A stretch of DNA of 64,000 nucleotides from an uncultured delta proteobacterium (GCA_963812015.1 CAWETI010000003.1:2130328-2194327), one strand, 5' to 3'; positions 38,479-48,668 are shown, counted from the stretch's first letter. Notes: generated from the letters alone by a model not told the origin. Numbers and translations: made by a program.

Positions 38479-39882
38479 ATGTCAGAAGTGCGCACCCGAT
38501 TTTCCCCCAGCCCCACCGGCGCCCTCCATCTGGGTGGCGCCCATACGGCCCTGTTCAACTGGCTCATCGCCCGGCATTATCACGGGACGTTTATCTTACG
38601 GATCGAGGACACCGATCAAGAGCGCTCCCAGGAGAAGTTCGTCACCGAGATCCTGGACGCTATGACCTGGATGGGCCTGGACTGGGATGAAGGCCCCTAC
38701 CGCCAGATGGAGCGCCTGCCCATCTATCAGGACTATATCAGCCGCTTGCTGGCCAGCGGCGCGGCCTATTACTGCAACTGCCCGCCTCAGGACCTCAAGG
38801 CCCGCCAGGCCGCCATGGCCCGGGGCGAGAAACCCAAATATGACGGCCGCTGCCGGGAGCGCAATCTCCCCCCCGGTCCGGATACCGCGGTCCGCTTCAA
38901 GACCCCCCCCACCGGGGTCACCCACTGGGATGACCAGATCAAGGGCGTCATCGCCTTTGACAACCAGGAGCTGGACGACCTCGTGATACAGCGGGCCGAC
39001 GGCATTCCCACCTATAATTTCGCGGTGGTGGTGGATGACATCACCATGACGGTCACCCACGTCATCCGGGGGGAAGACCACATCCCCAACACCCCCAGGC
39101 AGCTCCTCATCTACGCGGCCCTGGGAGTCGCGCCCCCGCGGTTCGCCCACATGCCCCTGATGTTGGGCAAAGACCGGGCCAAGCTCTCCAAGCGCCACGG
39201 CGCTGTGTCCGCCATGGCCTACCGGGACCAGGGGTATCTGCCCCACGCCCTGGTGAACTACCTGGCCCGGATGGGCTGGTCCCACGGCGACCAGGAGATC
39301 TTTTCCCCGGAAGAGCTCATTGCCTACTTCACCCTGGACCATGTGACCAAAGCCCCGGGAATCTTTGACGAAGAAAAGCTCCAGTGGCTCAACAGCCACT
39401 ATATCAAGGAGATGCCGCCCCCCGAGTTGGCCCGGGCCCTGACCCCCTTTCTGGAGTCCCTGGGGTTCCCCGCCCCCGACCAGGCGTATCTGGGCCGGGT
39501 GGTGACTACCCTGAGCGCCCGGAGCAAGACCCTGGTGGATATGGCGGAGGCCGCCCGCTTCTATTTCCAGGACCCCCGGCCGTATGATCCCAAGGCGGCC
39601 CAAAAATTCCTCACCCCGGCCGCGGTGCCCGTGCTGCAAGAGATCTCGGCCCGGCTGACCCGCTTGCCCGATGCCTCCGAAGGCGCCCTGACCCAGTTGT
39701 TCACCGACCTGGGGCAGGAGACCGGGCAAAAGATGGTCAACCTGGCCCAGCCGGTGCGGGTGGCTTTAACCGGCAAAACCGCCAGTCCCGGGCTCTACGA
39801 AATTATCAGTATTTTGGGCCGGGAGGAGGCCTTAGGGCGGATACAGGACGCCATCGAGTTTGCGGCCCAGGGGGCCTCGTAA
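38479..39882 (+). CDS. gltX: Glutamate--tRNA ligase
   Basis: RFSPSPTG, HLGG (HIGH), LRIEDTD, KLSKR. Confidence 0.97.
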   Translation: MSEVRTRFSPSPTGALHLGGAHTALFNWLIARHYHGTFILRIEDTDQERSQEKFVTEILDAMTWMGLDWDEGPYRQMERLPIYQDYISRLLASGAAYYCNCPPQDLKARQAAMARGEKPKYDGRCRERNLPPGPDTAVRFKTPPTGVTHWDDQIKGVIAFDNQELDDLVIQRADGIPTYNFAVVVDDITMTVTHVIRGEDHIPNTPRQLLIYAALGVAPPRFAHMPLMLGKDRAKLSKRHGAVSAMAYRDQGYLPHALVNYLARMGWSHGDQEIFSPEELIAYFTLDHVTKAPGIFDEEKLQWLNSHYIKEMPPPELARALTPFLESLGFPAPDQAYLGRVVTTLSARSKTLVDMAEAARFYFQDPRPYDPKAAQKFLTPAAVPVLQEISARLTRLPDASEGALTQLFTDLGQETGQKMVNLAQPVRVALTGKTASPGLYEIISILGREEALGRIQDAIEFAAQGAS

Positions 39883-39949
39883 GTGAGGCGCCGTTACCCG
39901 GCACTTTGACCTATCGGCTGAATTTAGCCACTTTATAAGGAGGTTACTC

Positions 39950-40147
39950 ATGGCGGAAGTGAAACAATCTTATCGGAAAAAACAGGCTTACCTGGTGATC
40001 CTGGTGTTTGCCTGCATCGGCATCGCCATTTGGGGGCATAGCGCTTCTATAAGCGTCGGCGCCATCCTGGCGGCCTGCGGTATCGCTTTTTATGCCGCCA
40101 CTCTGGAACCGGAAAAGGCGCCGGAAGAGCACCACCATCATCATTAA
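39950..40147 (+). CDS. Small two-TM membrane protein with His5 tail
   Basis: Strong SD AAGGAGG; two hydrophobic segments; EEHHHHH C-terminus. Confidence 0.75.
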   Translation: MAEVKQSYRKKQAYLVILVFACIGIAIWGHSASISVGAILAACGIAFYAATLEPEKAPEEHHHHH

Positions 40148-40346
40148 TCTGCCGGGGTAGAGACAGGGGCCACCCCTCCCCTGCCCCGGAGCCCGCTTAG
40201 CTCCTTCAGGTGACCATCCGGCCTGGGCAGTGATTATCAGGCATCCGACCTGCCAGCCCCATAACCGGGCGACCAGGGAAGCGGTGGGCAGGCGCACCCG
40301 TCGCACCCTAATATCCGTCCCCGCTGTCAATCGCAAGGAGGGTCTT

Positions 40347-41285
40347 ATGCGCATCGCCTTGATCGGCCAGGCAACCTTTGGTGCAGACGTCCTGAAAGGG
40401 TTAATTAAACAAGGACGGCAGGTCGTGGCCGTCTTTTGCCCCCCGGACCGGGGCAGCAAGACCGACCCCCTCAAAGACGCGGGCCTGGAGGCCGGGATTC
40501 CCGTCCATCAGCCGCCCCGGATGAAGGACCCCCAGGCCTATGACCAGATGGTGGCCCTCAACCCCGACCTGGCGGTCCTGGCCTTCGTCACCGACATTGT
40601 CCCCGGCAAAGTCCTGGCCGTCCCCAAGCTGGGGTCCATTTGCTACCATCCCTCCATCCTCCCCAAATACCGGGGCGCCTCGGCCATCAACTGGGCGGTG
40701 ATCAACGGCGAGAGGGAGTCCGGGCTCACCATTTTTTGGGTGGATGAAGGCATCGACACCGGGGACATCCTCCTCCAGAAAAAGGTGGAGATCGGCCCCA
40801 ACGAAACCACCGGGGAGGTCTACTTCAACAAGCTCTATCCCCTGGGGGTGGAGGCCTGCTTGGAGGCGGTGGATCTCATCATTCAGGGGAAAGCCCCTCG
40901 GATTGCCCAGGATCACTCCCAGGGCACCTACGATCCCCCTTGTGACGAGAAGGTGGCCGCCCTCAACTGGAACCAGCCGGGCCGCCAGGTCTTCGACTTC
41001 ATCCGGGGCTGCGATCCCCAGCCCGGCGCCACCACCACCTTCAAGGGCGAGCAGGTCAAGCTCTACAACGCCTCCTTTCTCATGGACGACCGCGCCGCCC
41101 CCCCCGGGGAGATCCTGGAAGTCGCGGACAAGGGGCTTAAGGTGGCGGTCTCTGGTGGGGCGCTCTTCATCACCCGCTTCCGCACCAAGGATTTGGGCAA
41201 AGTCAAGGCCCCGGAGTTCATTCAGACCAAAAAACCCCGGCCCGGCGATCGGTTCGGGGCCCCCGCGGTCATGCGGTGCTGTTGA
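40347..41285 (+). CDS. Formyltransferase-family protein (Fmt-like / 10-formyl-THF dehydrogenase N-terminal-like)
   Basis: HPSILPKYRGASAINW, DEGIDTGDI; start at ATG 40347 after AAGGAGGG. Confidence 0.85.
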   Translation: MRIALIGQATFGADVLKGLIKQGRQVVAVFCPPDRGSKTDPLKDAGLEAGIPVHQPPRMKDPQAYDQMVALNPDLAVLAFVTDIVPGKVLAVPKLGSICYHPSILPKYRGASAINWAVINGERESGLTIFWVDEGIDTGDILLQKKVEIGPNETTGEVYFNKLYPLGVEACLEAVDLIIQGKAPRIAQDHSQGTYDPPCDEKVAALNWNQPGRQVFDFIRGCDPQPGATTTFKGEQVKLYNASFLMDDRAAPPGEILEVADKGLKVAVSGGALFITRFRTKDLGKVKAPEFIQTKKPRPGDRFGAPAVMRCC

Positions 41286-41385
41286 GGCCTACCCACTAAC
41301 CTCGGGGCGTCAACAAGTTGCGGCTGGCCCGGTCTCGAACCGGATGCTCCGCTAACCCCGCATTAATTTCCATCCGGAGGATTGC

Positions 41386-41907
41386 ATGGATTACCTGAAA
41401 GGCATGACCCAGGCTATGCAGCAAGCCTCGGCCGACAACCGCGCCGATACCTACGCTTACGTGGCCACCGAGTTGGTCAAGAGCAAGGATACCATCCGGC
41501 AGGCCATTGAGCGGGCCACCGCCGACGCCGTCGCCGCCATCATCCCCAAGCTGGAGCACAACCAACCCCTGACTTCGGCCGAAAAACAGACCGTCAAATT
41601 GTGGGTGGTGGGGGACGCCGAAGGCTATGTCAAGATGGAAAACAACTTCCAGGACTGGCTCAAGGAGTACCAACGGCTCAAGGACGTCATTGCCGACTGG
41701 GAAAACAAGGTCGCCTCGGTGGAGGAACTGGTGGAAGTCCATGGCGTACTGGAAGACGCCATCAAAGTGGCCGATGCCATGGCCCATTATCTCGACGACC
41801 AGGAGCGGGTGGCCCGGTTTGAAAACGCCATCAATAACCTCAATGCCGAAGACAACCGGTTTATTGCCAACCTCCTCAAAAGCATGTTGGCCTCGCCGGA
41901 GCTGTAA
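41386..41907 (+). CDS. Hypothetical helical protein
   Basis: 173-aa ORF, SD GGAGG, host-like codon use. Confidence 0.75.
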   Translation: MDYLKGMTQAMQQASADNRADTYAYVATELVKSKDTIRQAIERATADAVAAIIPKLEHNQPLTSAEKQTVKLWVVGDAEGYVKMENNFQDWLKEYQRLKDVIADWENKVASVEELVEVHGVLEDAIKVADAMAHYLDDQERVARFENAINNLNAEDNRFIANLLKSMLASPEL

Positions 41908-41941
41908 CCGGCCCCTCAGACCTGGATAGAGGTGAACCCAG

Positions 41942-42415
41942 ATGAACCGGCGCCGGGGCCTGGCCCAGTCCTCCATCACCCTGAAAGCCCGCTACCTGGC
42001 CATCAACTTCATCGGCCTGGCCATGATTGCCTCGGTCTTCGTCTATGCCGGGGTGGTGGAGCTGATCAAGTGGCAATGGGCCCCCTTTGCCGGCTTTGCC
42101 CAACTCGATCCCCCCACGATGGCGCTCCTGAAGTATATCTTCCTGGCCGTGGCCGCGGCCCAGTACTGGGCCATCAAGGTCGTCCAGAAAATCCTATCGG
42201 CCCGGTCGGTGGACAACCTGCCCCAAACGGCCATTATCAGCTTCGCCTTGTGCGAGGCGGTGGCGCTCCTGGGCCTGGTCCTCTTTTTGCTGGCCGGCAA
42301 TTCCCTGGATTTCTATATTTTCATGGTGATTTCCCTGGGGTTTTTCTACCTCTTTTTCCCCAAATACGAGCAGTGGGAACAGCGGGTGAGTGCCGGGAGG
42401 ATCAACAAAAAATAA
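41942..42415 (+). CDS. Membrane protein (about 4 TM)
   Basis: Hydrophobic segments, ALCEAVALLGLV; SD GAGGTG. Confidence 0.75.
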   Translation: MNRRRGLAQSSITLKARYLAINFIGLAMIASVFVYAGVVELIKWQWAPFAGFAQLDPPTMALLKYIFLAVAAAQYWAIKVVQKILSARSVDNLPQTAIISFALCEAVALLGLVLFLLAGNSLDFYIFMVISLGFFYLFFPKYEQWEQRVSAGRINKK

Positions 42416-42631
42416 TCGTCCTCAAAAAAGGGCACCAGATGGATTATCTTCCTTCCCCCCTCACCTGCCCCTCTCCGCGGTTCAAACAATCGCAATGGGG
42501 GAGAGGAAAAAGGTGTGACCTGATTAATGGTCCCATGCAATTTCCCGATTAATGAATTATCCATTTGGAGGCGCCAAACCGCGTCACCGCCTCGGTTGGG
42601 TACGCACCTGACTTTATAAAAAAATGAAAAC

Positions 42632-43480
42632 ATGAAAAAAATCGGCATCTACTACCACCCCTCCTTCAGCCGCAAGAGCTACATGACCGTGGGCAACCGC
42701 CTCCGGGACTTTCCCGAGGCCTTGGAGCCGGTCCTGGCCAAACCCAACGTGCGTCTTATCCAGTCCCCCCGGGTGTCCGAGGACCTGGTCCTCAAGGTCC
42801 ACGCCCCGGAGATGCTGAGCATGGTGGCCCAGGACGGCTTCTGCTCCACCGCCTACGAGTCCGTGGGCGGGGTGGTGGCCGGCATGGCGGACCTGGCCCA
42901 AGGCGAAACTGACCGGGCCTTCTGCTTCATCGGCGCCGGCGGCCACCACGCCGGCTACCGCCAGTTCTGGGGCGCCTGCTGCTTCAACGACGTGGTCATT
43001 GCCTTAACCCATACCCGGGAAATCAGTCCCTGGCGGCGCTTTGCCATCGTGGACACCGACGCCCACCACGGCGACGGCACCCGCCAACTGGTGCGGGACG
43101 ATCCCGAGGTGTTTCACCTGTGCTTCTGCGGCCTGAACTTCACCAGCGACGACGGCGCCAAGGTGGATGTTGACGTCCACCGGGTCAACCGGCAAGATGA
43201 CCCCGATGTCCACTATCTGGAGCAGGTGCGCCGGAACCTGCCCCTGATCCCGGCCTTCAAGCCGGACCTGCTCATCTGGTATTACGGCTTCGACACCCAC
43301 CGGGATGACTACGGCTCCCTGGGCCTCACCGAGTCGGCCTATTTCGCCATCTGCGACCTGATGGTCGCCGCCGCCGCCGACATGGGGGTCCCCCTCATGG
43401 TGGTCCTGGCCGGCGGCTCCATGTCCCACCTGGCCACCAACACCATCCCGGAAATCATCCTACGCCTGGCGGAGGCCTGA
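42632..43480 (+). CDS. Histone deacetylase / AcuC-family Zn-dependent deacylase
   Basis: GGHHAG, CFNDV, DTDAHHGDGT, GFDTHRDD. Confidence 0.9.
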   Translation: MKKIGIYYHPSFSRKSYMTVGNRLRDFPEALEPVLAKPNVRLIQSPRVSEDLVLKVHAPEMLSMVAQDGFCSTAYESVGGVVAGMADLAQGETDRAFCFIGAGGHHAGYRQFWGACCFNDVVIALTHTREISPWRRFAIVDTDAHHGDGTRQLVRDDPEVFHLCFCGLNFTSDDGAKVDVDVHRVNRQDDPDVHYLEQVRRNLPLIPAFKPDLLIWYYGFDTHRDDYGSLGLTESAYFAICDLMVAAAADMGVPLMVVLAGGSMSHLATNTIPEIILRLAEA

Positions 43481-44398
43481 GTGAAATCAGTATTCGACCT
43501 CAACCCAAAGTTCTATGAAACCCTTTTGGACAACCTCTATGACGGGATCTATTTCGTGAACCGGGAGAGGCAGATCACTTTTTGGAATAAGGCCGCGGAG
43601 CGCATCACCGGGTTCACCCAATCGGAAGTCCTGGGCAAGCGTTGCGCCGACAACCTCTTGCGCCACGTGGACGATGGCGGCAATGCCCTGTGCGAGGGGG
43701 CCTGCCCCCTGTCCTATACCTTGCGTGATGGCCTGCGCCGGTCGGCCTCGGTCTTCCTCCACCACAAAAACGGCTACCGGTTGCCGGTTGCCATCGGCGT
43801 GACCCCCATTACCGATCATCGACAGAAAATTATTGGCGCGGTGGAGATTTTCCGTGACAACTCAGCCACCATCGCCGCTTTGGATAAACTCAAAGAACTG
43901 GAAGACCTGGCCTACCTGGATGGGCTGACCAAGATCGCCAACCGCACCTATCTGGAAACCTTTACCGTCGCCAAATTCAATGAATTGCGGCGCCTGGGCT
44001 GGTCTTTCGGGGTGGTTTTCGCGGACGTGGACCAATTTAAGCAGGTGAACGACACCTTTGGCCACCAGGCGGGGGACCTTTGCCTACAAATGGTGGCCCA
44101 GACCCTTTTAAAAAATTGTCGCTCCTTCGACCTGGTAGGCCGGTGGGGTGGCGAAGAATTTCTTTGCGTTATCAGTAAGCTGGAAGATACGCACCAGATC
44201 ATGAGCATAGCGGAGCGGATGCGCGTCCTGGTGGAAAGTTCCTGGGTTTCTCTGCCGGACTGCTCCTTCCACGTGACCATCTCTCTGGGAGTAACCCTGG
44301 CCAAGATCCAGGACAGCCCGGAAACTTTGATCCAGCGGGCTGATGACCTTATGTACCGCAGCAAAACCGGCGGGCGCAACCGGACTACCTTTGAATAG
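43481..44398 (+). CDS. PAS-GGDEF diguanylate cyclase
   Basis: PAS; DGLTKIANR, DVDQFKQVNDTFGH, RWGGEEF with RxxD I-site (RSFD). Confidence 0.93.
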   Translation: MKSVFDLNPKFYETLLDNLYDGIYFVNRERQITFWNKAAERITGFTQSEVLGKRCADNLLRHVDDGGNALCEGACPLSYTLRDGLRRSASVFLHHKNGYRLPVAIGVTPITDHRQKIIGAVEIFRDNSATIAALDKLKELEDLAYLDGLTKIANRTYLETFTVAKFNELRRLGWSFGVVFADVDQFKQVNDTFGHQAGDLCLQMVAQTLLKNCRSFDLVGRWGGEEFLCVISKLEDTHQIMSIAERMRVLVESSWVSLPDCSFHVTISLGVTLAKIQDSPETLIQRADDLMYRSKTGGRNRTTFE

Positions 44399-44570
44399 GC
44401 CCTGGTTCGGCTATTTGACCGCCTTTAAGCCCTAGTTACCTTTGCAGATCAACAACCAGGTGGCAGGAGCGATTGCACGCCATACGCAGTCCCCCTGAGT
44501 AACTGTAAGCCCACCGCGGCCATCCCCGACCCCATCCGCCGCCTGCCGGAGGAATTGAGGCGGCCTCCCC

Positions 44571-44599
44571 TTGCCGTGACCCAGGTTTTCAGCTATAAT
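44571..44599 (+). promoter_or_regulatory. Sigma70-like promoter of prfA
   Basis: TTGCCG-17 nt-TATAAT. Confidence 0.65.
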
Positions 44600-44681
44600 A
44601 TCTTTAAATATTAGGATAATTTACCCTCAACCCGAGAACCGCAGGCCGGGGCCGCTCCTCCCGGCGGACTGATATAATCTT

Positions 44682-45749
44682 ATGATCACAGACCGCTTAG
44701 AATCTCTGGAAAACCGTTATCAGGAACTGGAAGACTCCCTCACCGACCCCGAGGTCATCAAGAACCAGGACCTGTACCATAAGTACCGCAAGGAACACGC
44801 CGACCTGGCGCCGGTGATCCAGGTCTTCCGGCGCTATCAGCAGGTTGAGAAAGAGCTGGCGGAAAACCAGACCCTGGTGAAGGAAGAGACGGACGAGGAG
44901 CTCAAGGCCTATGCCCGGGAGGAAATCCAGGTCCTCAAGGACCAGGCTGACCGGTTAGAGGAAGAACTCCGCCTTCTCCTTCTCCCCAAGGACCCCTTAG
45001 ACGATAAGAACGTCATCCTGGAGATCCGGGCCGGCACCGGGGGCGAGGAAGCCGGCCTCTTCGCCGCCGACCTCTTCCGGATGTACACCCGCCTGGTGGA
45101 GCGCAAAGGCTGGAAGCTGGAAATCCTCAGCCATTCCGCCACCGGCATCGGCGGGCTCAAGGAAATCATCGCCTCCATCTCCGGCGACAAGGTGTACAGC
45201 CAGCTCAAATATGAAAGCGGGGTGCACCGGGTCCAAAGGGTGCCCGCCACGGAATCCCAGGGACGCATCCACACCTCCGCGGTGACCGTGGCCGTTTTGC
45301 CCGAGGCCGAAGAGGTTGATGTCCAGATCAACCCCGAGGAGCTGCGCATCGACGTCTTCCGCTCCTCCGGCCCCGGGGGGCAAAGCGTCAACACCACGGA
45401 TTCCGCGGTACGGATAACCCATCTGCCCACCGGCCTGGTGGTCTCCTGCCAGGATGAAAAATCCCAGCACAAAAACAAGGCCAAGGGCCTTAAGGTGCTC
45501 CGGTCCCGGCTGTTCGACCTAAAACAGCAGGAACAGCAGCAGCAGATCGCCCAGGAGCGCAAGAGCCAGGTGGGCACCGGCGACCGGAGCGAACGCATCC
45601 GCACTTACAATTACCCCCAGGGCCGGGTCACCGATCACCGCATCGGCCTGACCCTCTACCGGCTGGAGGCCATGTTGGACGGGGACCTGGATGAACTTCT
45701 CCAGGGCTTGAACGCCTACTTCCGGACCCGGGCCCTGGCCCAGGCGTAA
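44682..45749 (+). CDS. prfA: Peptide chain release factor 1
   Basis: GGEEA, PAT (PxT) anticodon-mimic motif, GGQ. Confidence 0.97.
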   Translation: MITDRLESLENRYQELEDSLTDPEVIKNQDLYHKYRKEHADLAPVIQVFRRYQQVEKELAENQTLVKEETDEELKAYAREEIQVLKDQADRLEEELRLLLLPKDPLDDKNVILEIRAGTGGEEAGLFAADLFRMYTRLVERKGWKLEILSHSATGIGGLKEIIASISGDKVYSQLKYESGVHRVQRVPATESQGRIHTSAVTVAVLPEAEEVDVQINPEELRIDVFRSSGPGGQSVNTTDSAVRITHLPTGLVVSCQDEKSQHKNKAKGLKVLRSRLFDLKQQEQQQQIAQERKSQVGTGDRSERIRTYNYPQGRVTDHRIGLTLYRLEAMLDGDLDELLQGLNAYFRTRALAQA

Positions 45750-46778
45750 ATGGCCGGGTCCCAAGAATCCTGGACCATCCTGGGACTCCTCAGGTGGACC
45801 GCCGATTATTTCCGCACCAAAGGGGTCTCGGAACCCCGGGCCGCCGCCGAGGTGCTCCTGGCCCACACCCTGGGCCTCAGCCGCCTGGACCTCTATCTGC
45901 GCTACGATCAACCCCTCAATCCCGAAGAACTGGCCCGCTTCAAGGCCTTGGTGGTCCGGCGCCGGGAAGGCGAACCCGTGGCCTATCTCACCGGCCACCG
46001 GGAGTTCTGGTCCCTGGATTTCCAGGTGACCCCGGCGGTGCTGATCCCCCGCCCCGAAACCGAGACCCTGGTGGCCGCGGCCCTGGAGGCCGCAAGAGAT
46101 CTCAGGGGAGGGGGCGAGGGGCCCACGGCCCCTGCCCTTACAAAAAACTCTCCCAAACCCTCTCCCCCAACCCCTTACCGGGGGTTGGGAGGGGAGTTTG
46201 AGGGGAGGGTGGGGGAATTGACTTCCCCCAGCCCTCCCCTCAAATTACCTCTTTCCCGCGGCCTGGAAGTTGGCGTCGGCAGCGGCGCGGTGATCATCGC
46301 CTTGGCCAAGGAATTGCCTCGGATGGTCTGGGTGGGGGTGGACCTCTCCGGGGCCGCCCTGGAGGTGGCCCGGGGCAATGCCCGCCGCCATGGGGTCGCC
46401 CATCGAGTCCACTTTCTCCAGGCGGACCTGCTGGCCCCCCTCAAACCCAGCCCGGTCTTTGCCCTGCTGGTAGCCAATCTGCCCTATGTGCCCCGGGCGG
46501 AGTGGGAGCAGTTGCCCCGGGAGATCAAAGCCTTTGAGCCCCCGGGGGCCCTGTTGGGGGGCGAAGACGGCCTGGACCTGATCCGGCCTCTCGTCCGGCA
46601 GGCGCATCAGTATGTTATGGGGGGAGGCTGGGTGTTGTTGGAAGTGGGGGATAAGCAGGCGCCGCAGATCGCGGCATTACTGGAAGCCACCGACGCCTAT
46701 GACTGCGTTGCGACCCACAAGGATTTCAGCGGCATAGAGCGGGTGGTGCGGGCCCGGCGGCGGCAGGCAGCCGGCTAA
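45750..46778 (+). CDS. prmC: Release factor glutamine methyltransferase with an internal insertion of about 45-50 aa
   Basis: EPVAYLTG, VLIPRPETE, EVGVGSG, NLPY, GGEDGLD; follows prfA. Confidence 0.93.
   Translation: MAGSQESWTILGLLRWTADYFRTKGVSEPRAAAEVLLAHTLGLSRLDLYLRYDQPLNPEELARFKALVVRRREGEPVAYLTGHREFWSLDFQVTPAVLIPRPETETLVAAALEAARDLRGGGEGPTAPALTKNSPKPSPPTPYRGLGGEFEGRVGELTSPSPPLKLPLSRGLEVGVGSGAVIIALAKELPRMVWVGVDLSGAALEVARGNARRHGVAHRVHFLQADLLAPLKPSPVFALLVANLPYVPRAEWEQLPREIKAFEPPGALLGGEDGLDLIRPLVRQAHQYVMGGGWVLLEVGDKQAPQIAALLEATDAYDCVATHKDFSGIERVVRARRRQAAG
46103..46250. repeat. Palindromic element inside prmC
   Basis: CTCCCCCAACCCC..GGGGTTGGGAG and TTTGAGGGGAGGGTGGGGGAA-TTGAC-TTCCCCCAGCCCTCCCCTCAAA hairpins. 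Confidence 0.75.
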
Positions 46779-47011
46779 AAAGTCTTCTCACTTTTCAACA
46801 TGATGCTCATATCATCCAGGCCGTGCTTGCCGGAATTGACATAAGGTTGCCGCGGCCGGTCGTCGTAGCTGTCCCAGCTTTCTCCGGTGTCCAGTTTGAC
46901 CCGCCCCACCTTGCCGTTATCGTCCTTCGACTCCAGCAGGGCGCAGCCTGATACCAGTACCATCGCCGCCAGCGCCCAGGGCAGCAGGCGCCTCATTCCC
47001 CGGCCCTTCAC
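46775..47011 (-). CDS. Small lipoprotein
   Basis: Lipobox LVSGC after a hydrophobic signal. Confidence 0.7.
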   Translation of the reverse strand: MKGRGMRRLLPWALAAMVLVSGCALLESKDDNGKVGRVKLDTGESWDSYDDRPRQPYVNSGKHGLDDMSIMLKSEKTF

Positions 47012-47251
47012 ATCCAGGCCCTCCCAGAGTTTAGAGCGTTGTTATGCAGATTTTGGCAGAAACGATGCCACATTTGCTTAAAAATGTCCATTTTTTTGAG
47101 GACGTGGCGCTTGGCGTTCCGGTCCTAAAGCGAAGGGCACAGCGTGCTGTGCCCTTATGAATCATCGTTCACCCTGGGGCTCCGGCGCAGGGAAGTCTTG
47201 CCTTCCCTTAAGCCGGAGTACGGTTACGTCAGGGTTAATCGTCATGGGCCC

Positions 47252-48517
47252 TTACAAGTCTTTAGGGCTGCTGATGCGCCCGGTCACTGCGGAGGCCGCG
47301 GCGACCGCCGGGCTGGCCAGGTAGACCTTGGATTGGGTATGTCCCATGCGGCCGACAAAATTACGGTTGGTCGTGGCAATGGCGGTCTCCCCCGGGGCCA
47401 GGATGCCCATGTGTCCGCCCAGGCACGGCCCGCAGGTGGGCGGGCTGATCACCGCCCCGGCGTCCATGAAGATGGCCGTCAGGCCTTCGTCCATGGCCTG
47501 GCGCCACACCAGAGGGGTGGCCGGGATGACGATGAGGCGCACCCCTTTGGCTACTTTATGGCCTTTGATCACCTTGGCGGCCAGGCGCAGGTCGTCGATG
47601 CGCCCGTTGGTGCAGGAGCCGATCACCGCCTGGTCGATGATTACCTCCCCCACCCGGGAAACCCCCACCACGTTCCCGGGGGAGGGCGGACAGGCCACCT
47701 GGGGCTCGAGGCTGCTGACATCGTAGCTCTTCTCGAAGAGGTACGGGGCCTCCGGGTCGCTGGCATACAGGGCATACGGCCGCAAGGTCCGGCCCTTGAC
47801 ATACTCCAACGTTATGTCATCCGGGGCCATGATGCCGTTTTTGGCCCCGGCTTCCACGGCCATATTGGCCATGGAGAGTCGATCCGCCATGGGCAGCCAC
47901 TTGATGGCCTCCCCGGTGAACTCCATGGCCAGCGCCCTGGCCCCGTCCACCCCCAGGTCGCCGATGGTGTGGAGGATGAGGTCCTTGCCGGTGATCCACA
48001 TGGGCAACTGGCCGTGGTATACTAGGCGGATACTGTCCGGCACCTTGAACCAGCACTCGCCCATGACCATAACCGCGGCCAGGTCGGTGGAGCCCACCCC
48101 GGTGGCAAAAGCCCCCAGGGCCCCATAGGTGCAGGTATGGCTGTCGGCGCCGATAATCACGTCGCCGGGACCCACGATGCCTTTTTCCGGGAGCAGGGCA
48201 TGCTCGATCCCCATGTTCCCGCCGTCGTAAAAATGGGTCAGGTCCTGTTCCTTGGCAAAATTGCGCAGCTGCTGGCAATGGATGGCCGAGGCGATGTCCT
48301 TGTTGGGGGCAAAGTGGTCGCAGACCAGCACCACCCGGGACCGGTCAAAGACCTTTTTGGCCCCCACCTTATGAAAATCCTTGATGGCCAGCGGCGCGGT
48401 GATGTCGTTGCCCAGGGCGATGTCCACCCGGGCCATGATCAGCTCCCCGGGTTCGACGGAGGCTTTGCCGCAATGCGCCGCGAGAATTTTTTGGGTAATG
48501 GTTTGAGGTTTAGCCAT
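47252..48517 (-). CDS. leuC: 3-isopropylmalate dehydratase large subunit (short LeuC/HacA type)
   Basis: DHF, GADSHTCTYGA, IGSCTNGR, CGPCLG, TNRNFVGRMG. Confidence 0.93.
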   Translation of the reverse strand: MAKPQTITQKILAAHCGKASVEPGELIMARVDIALGNDITAPLAIKDFHKVGAKKVFDRSRVVLVCDHFAPNKDIASAIHCQQLRNFAKEQDLTHFYDGGNMGIEHALLPEKGIVGPGDVIIGADSHTCTYGALGAFATGVGSTDLAAVMVMGECWFKVPDSIRLVYHGQLPMWITGKDLILHTIGDLGVDGARALAMEFTGEAIKWLPMADRLSMANMAVEAGAKNGIMAPDDITLEYVKGRTLRPYALYASDPEAPYLFEKSYDVSSLEPQVACPPSPGNVVGVSRVGEVIIDQAVIGSCTNGRIDDLRLAAKVIKGHKVAKGVRLIVIPATPLVWRQAMDEGLTAIFMDAGAVISPPTCGPCLGGHMGILAPGETAIATTNRNFVGRMGHTQSKVYLASPAVAAASAVTGRISSPKDL

Positions 48518-48530
48518 TGATAACTCCATG

Positions 48531-48665
48531 CAGTAGTAGTCGGTAGTCGTTAGCCAGTTATCCTTTTTTGCTTACTGGCCACTTACCGTTTTTAACGTTG
48601 AAAGGCCAGTAGCCTGCAGCCGGTTATCTCTTTCTGACAACTGACTACTGGCCACTGGCTGCTTT
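48531..48665. repeat. Degenerate 7-mer tandem repeats in inverted arrangement between leuA and leuC
   Basis: CAGTAGT/CGGTAGT/CGTTAGC/CAGTTAT and CTGACAA/CTGACTA/CTGGCCA/CTGGCTG. Confidence 0.6.
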
Positions 48666-48668
48666 TGC

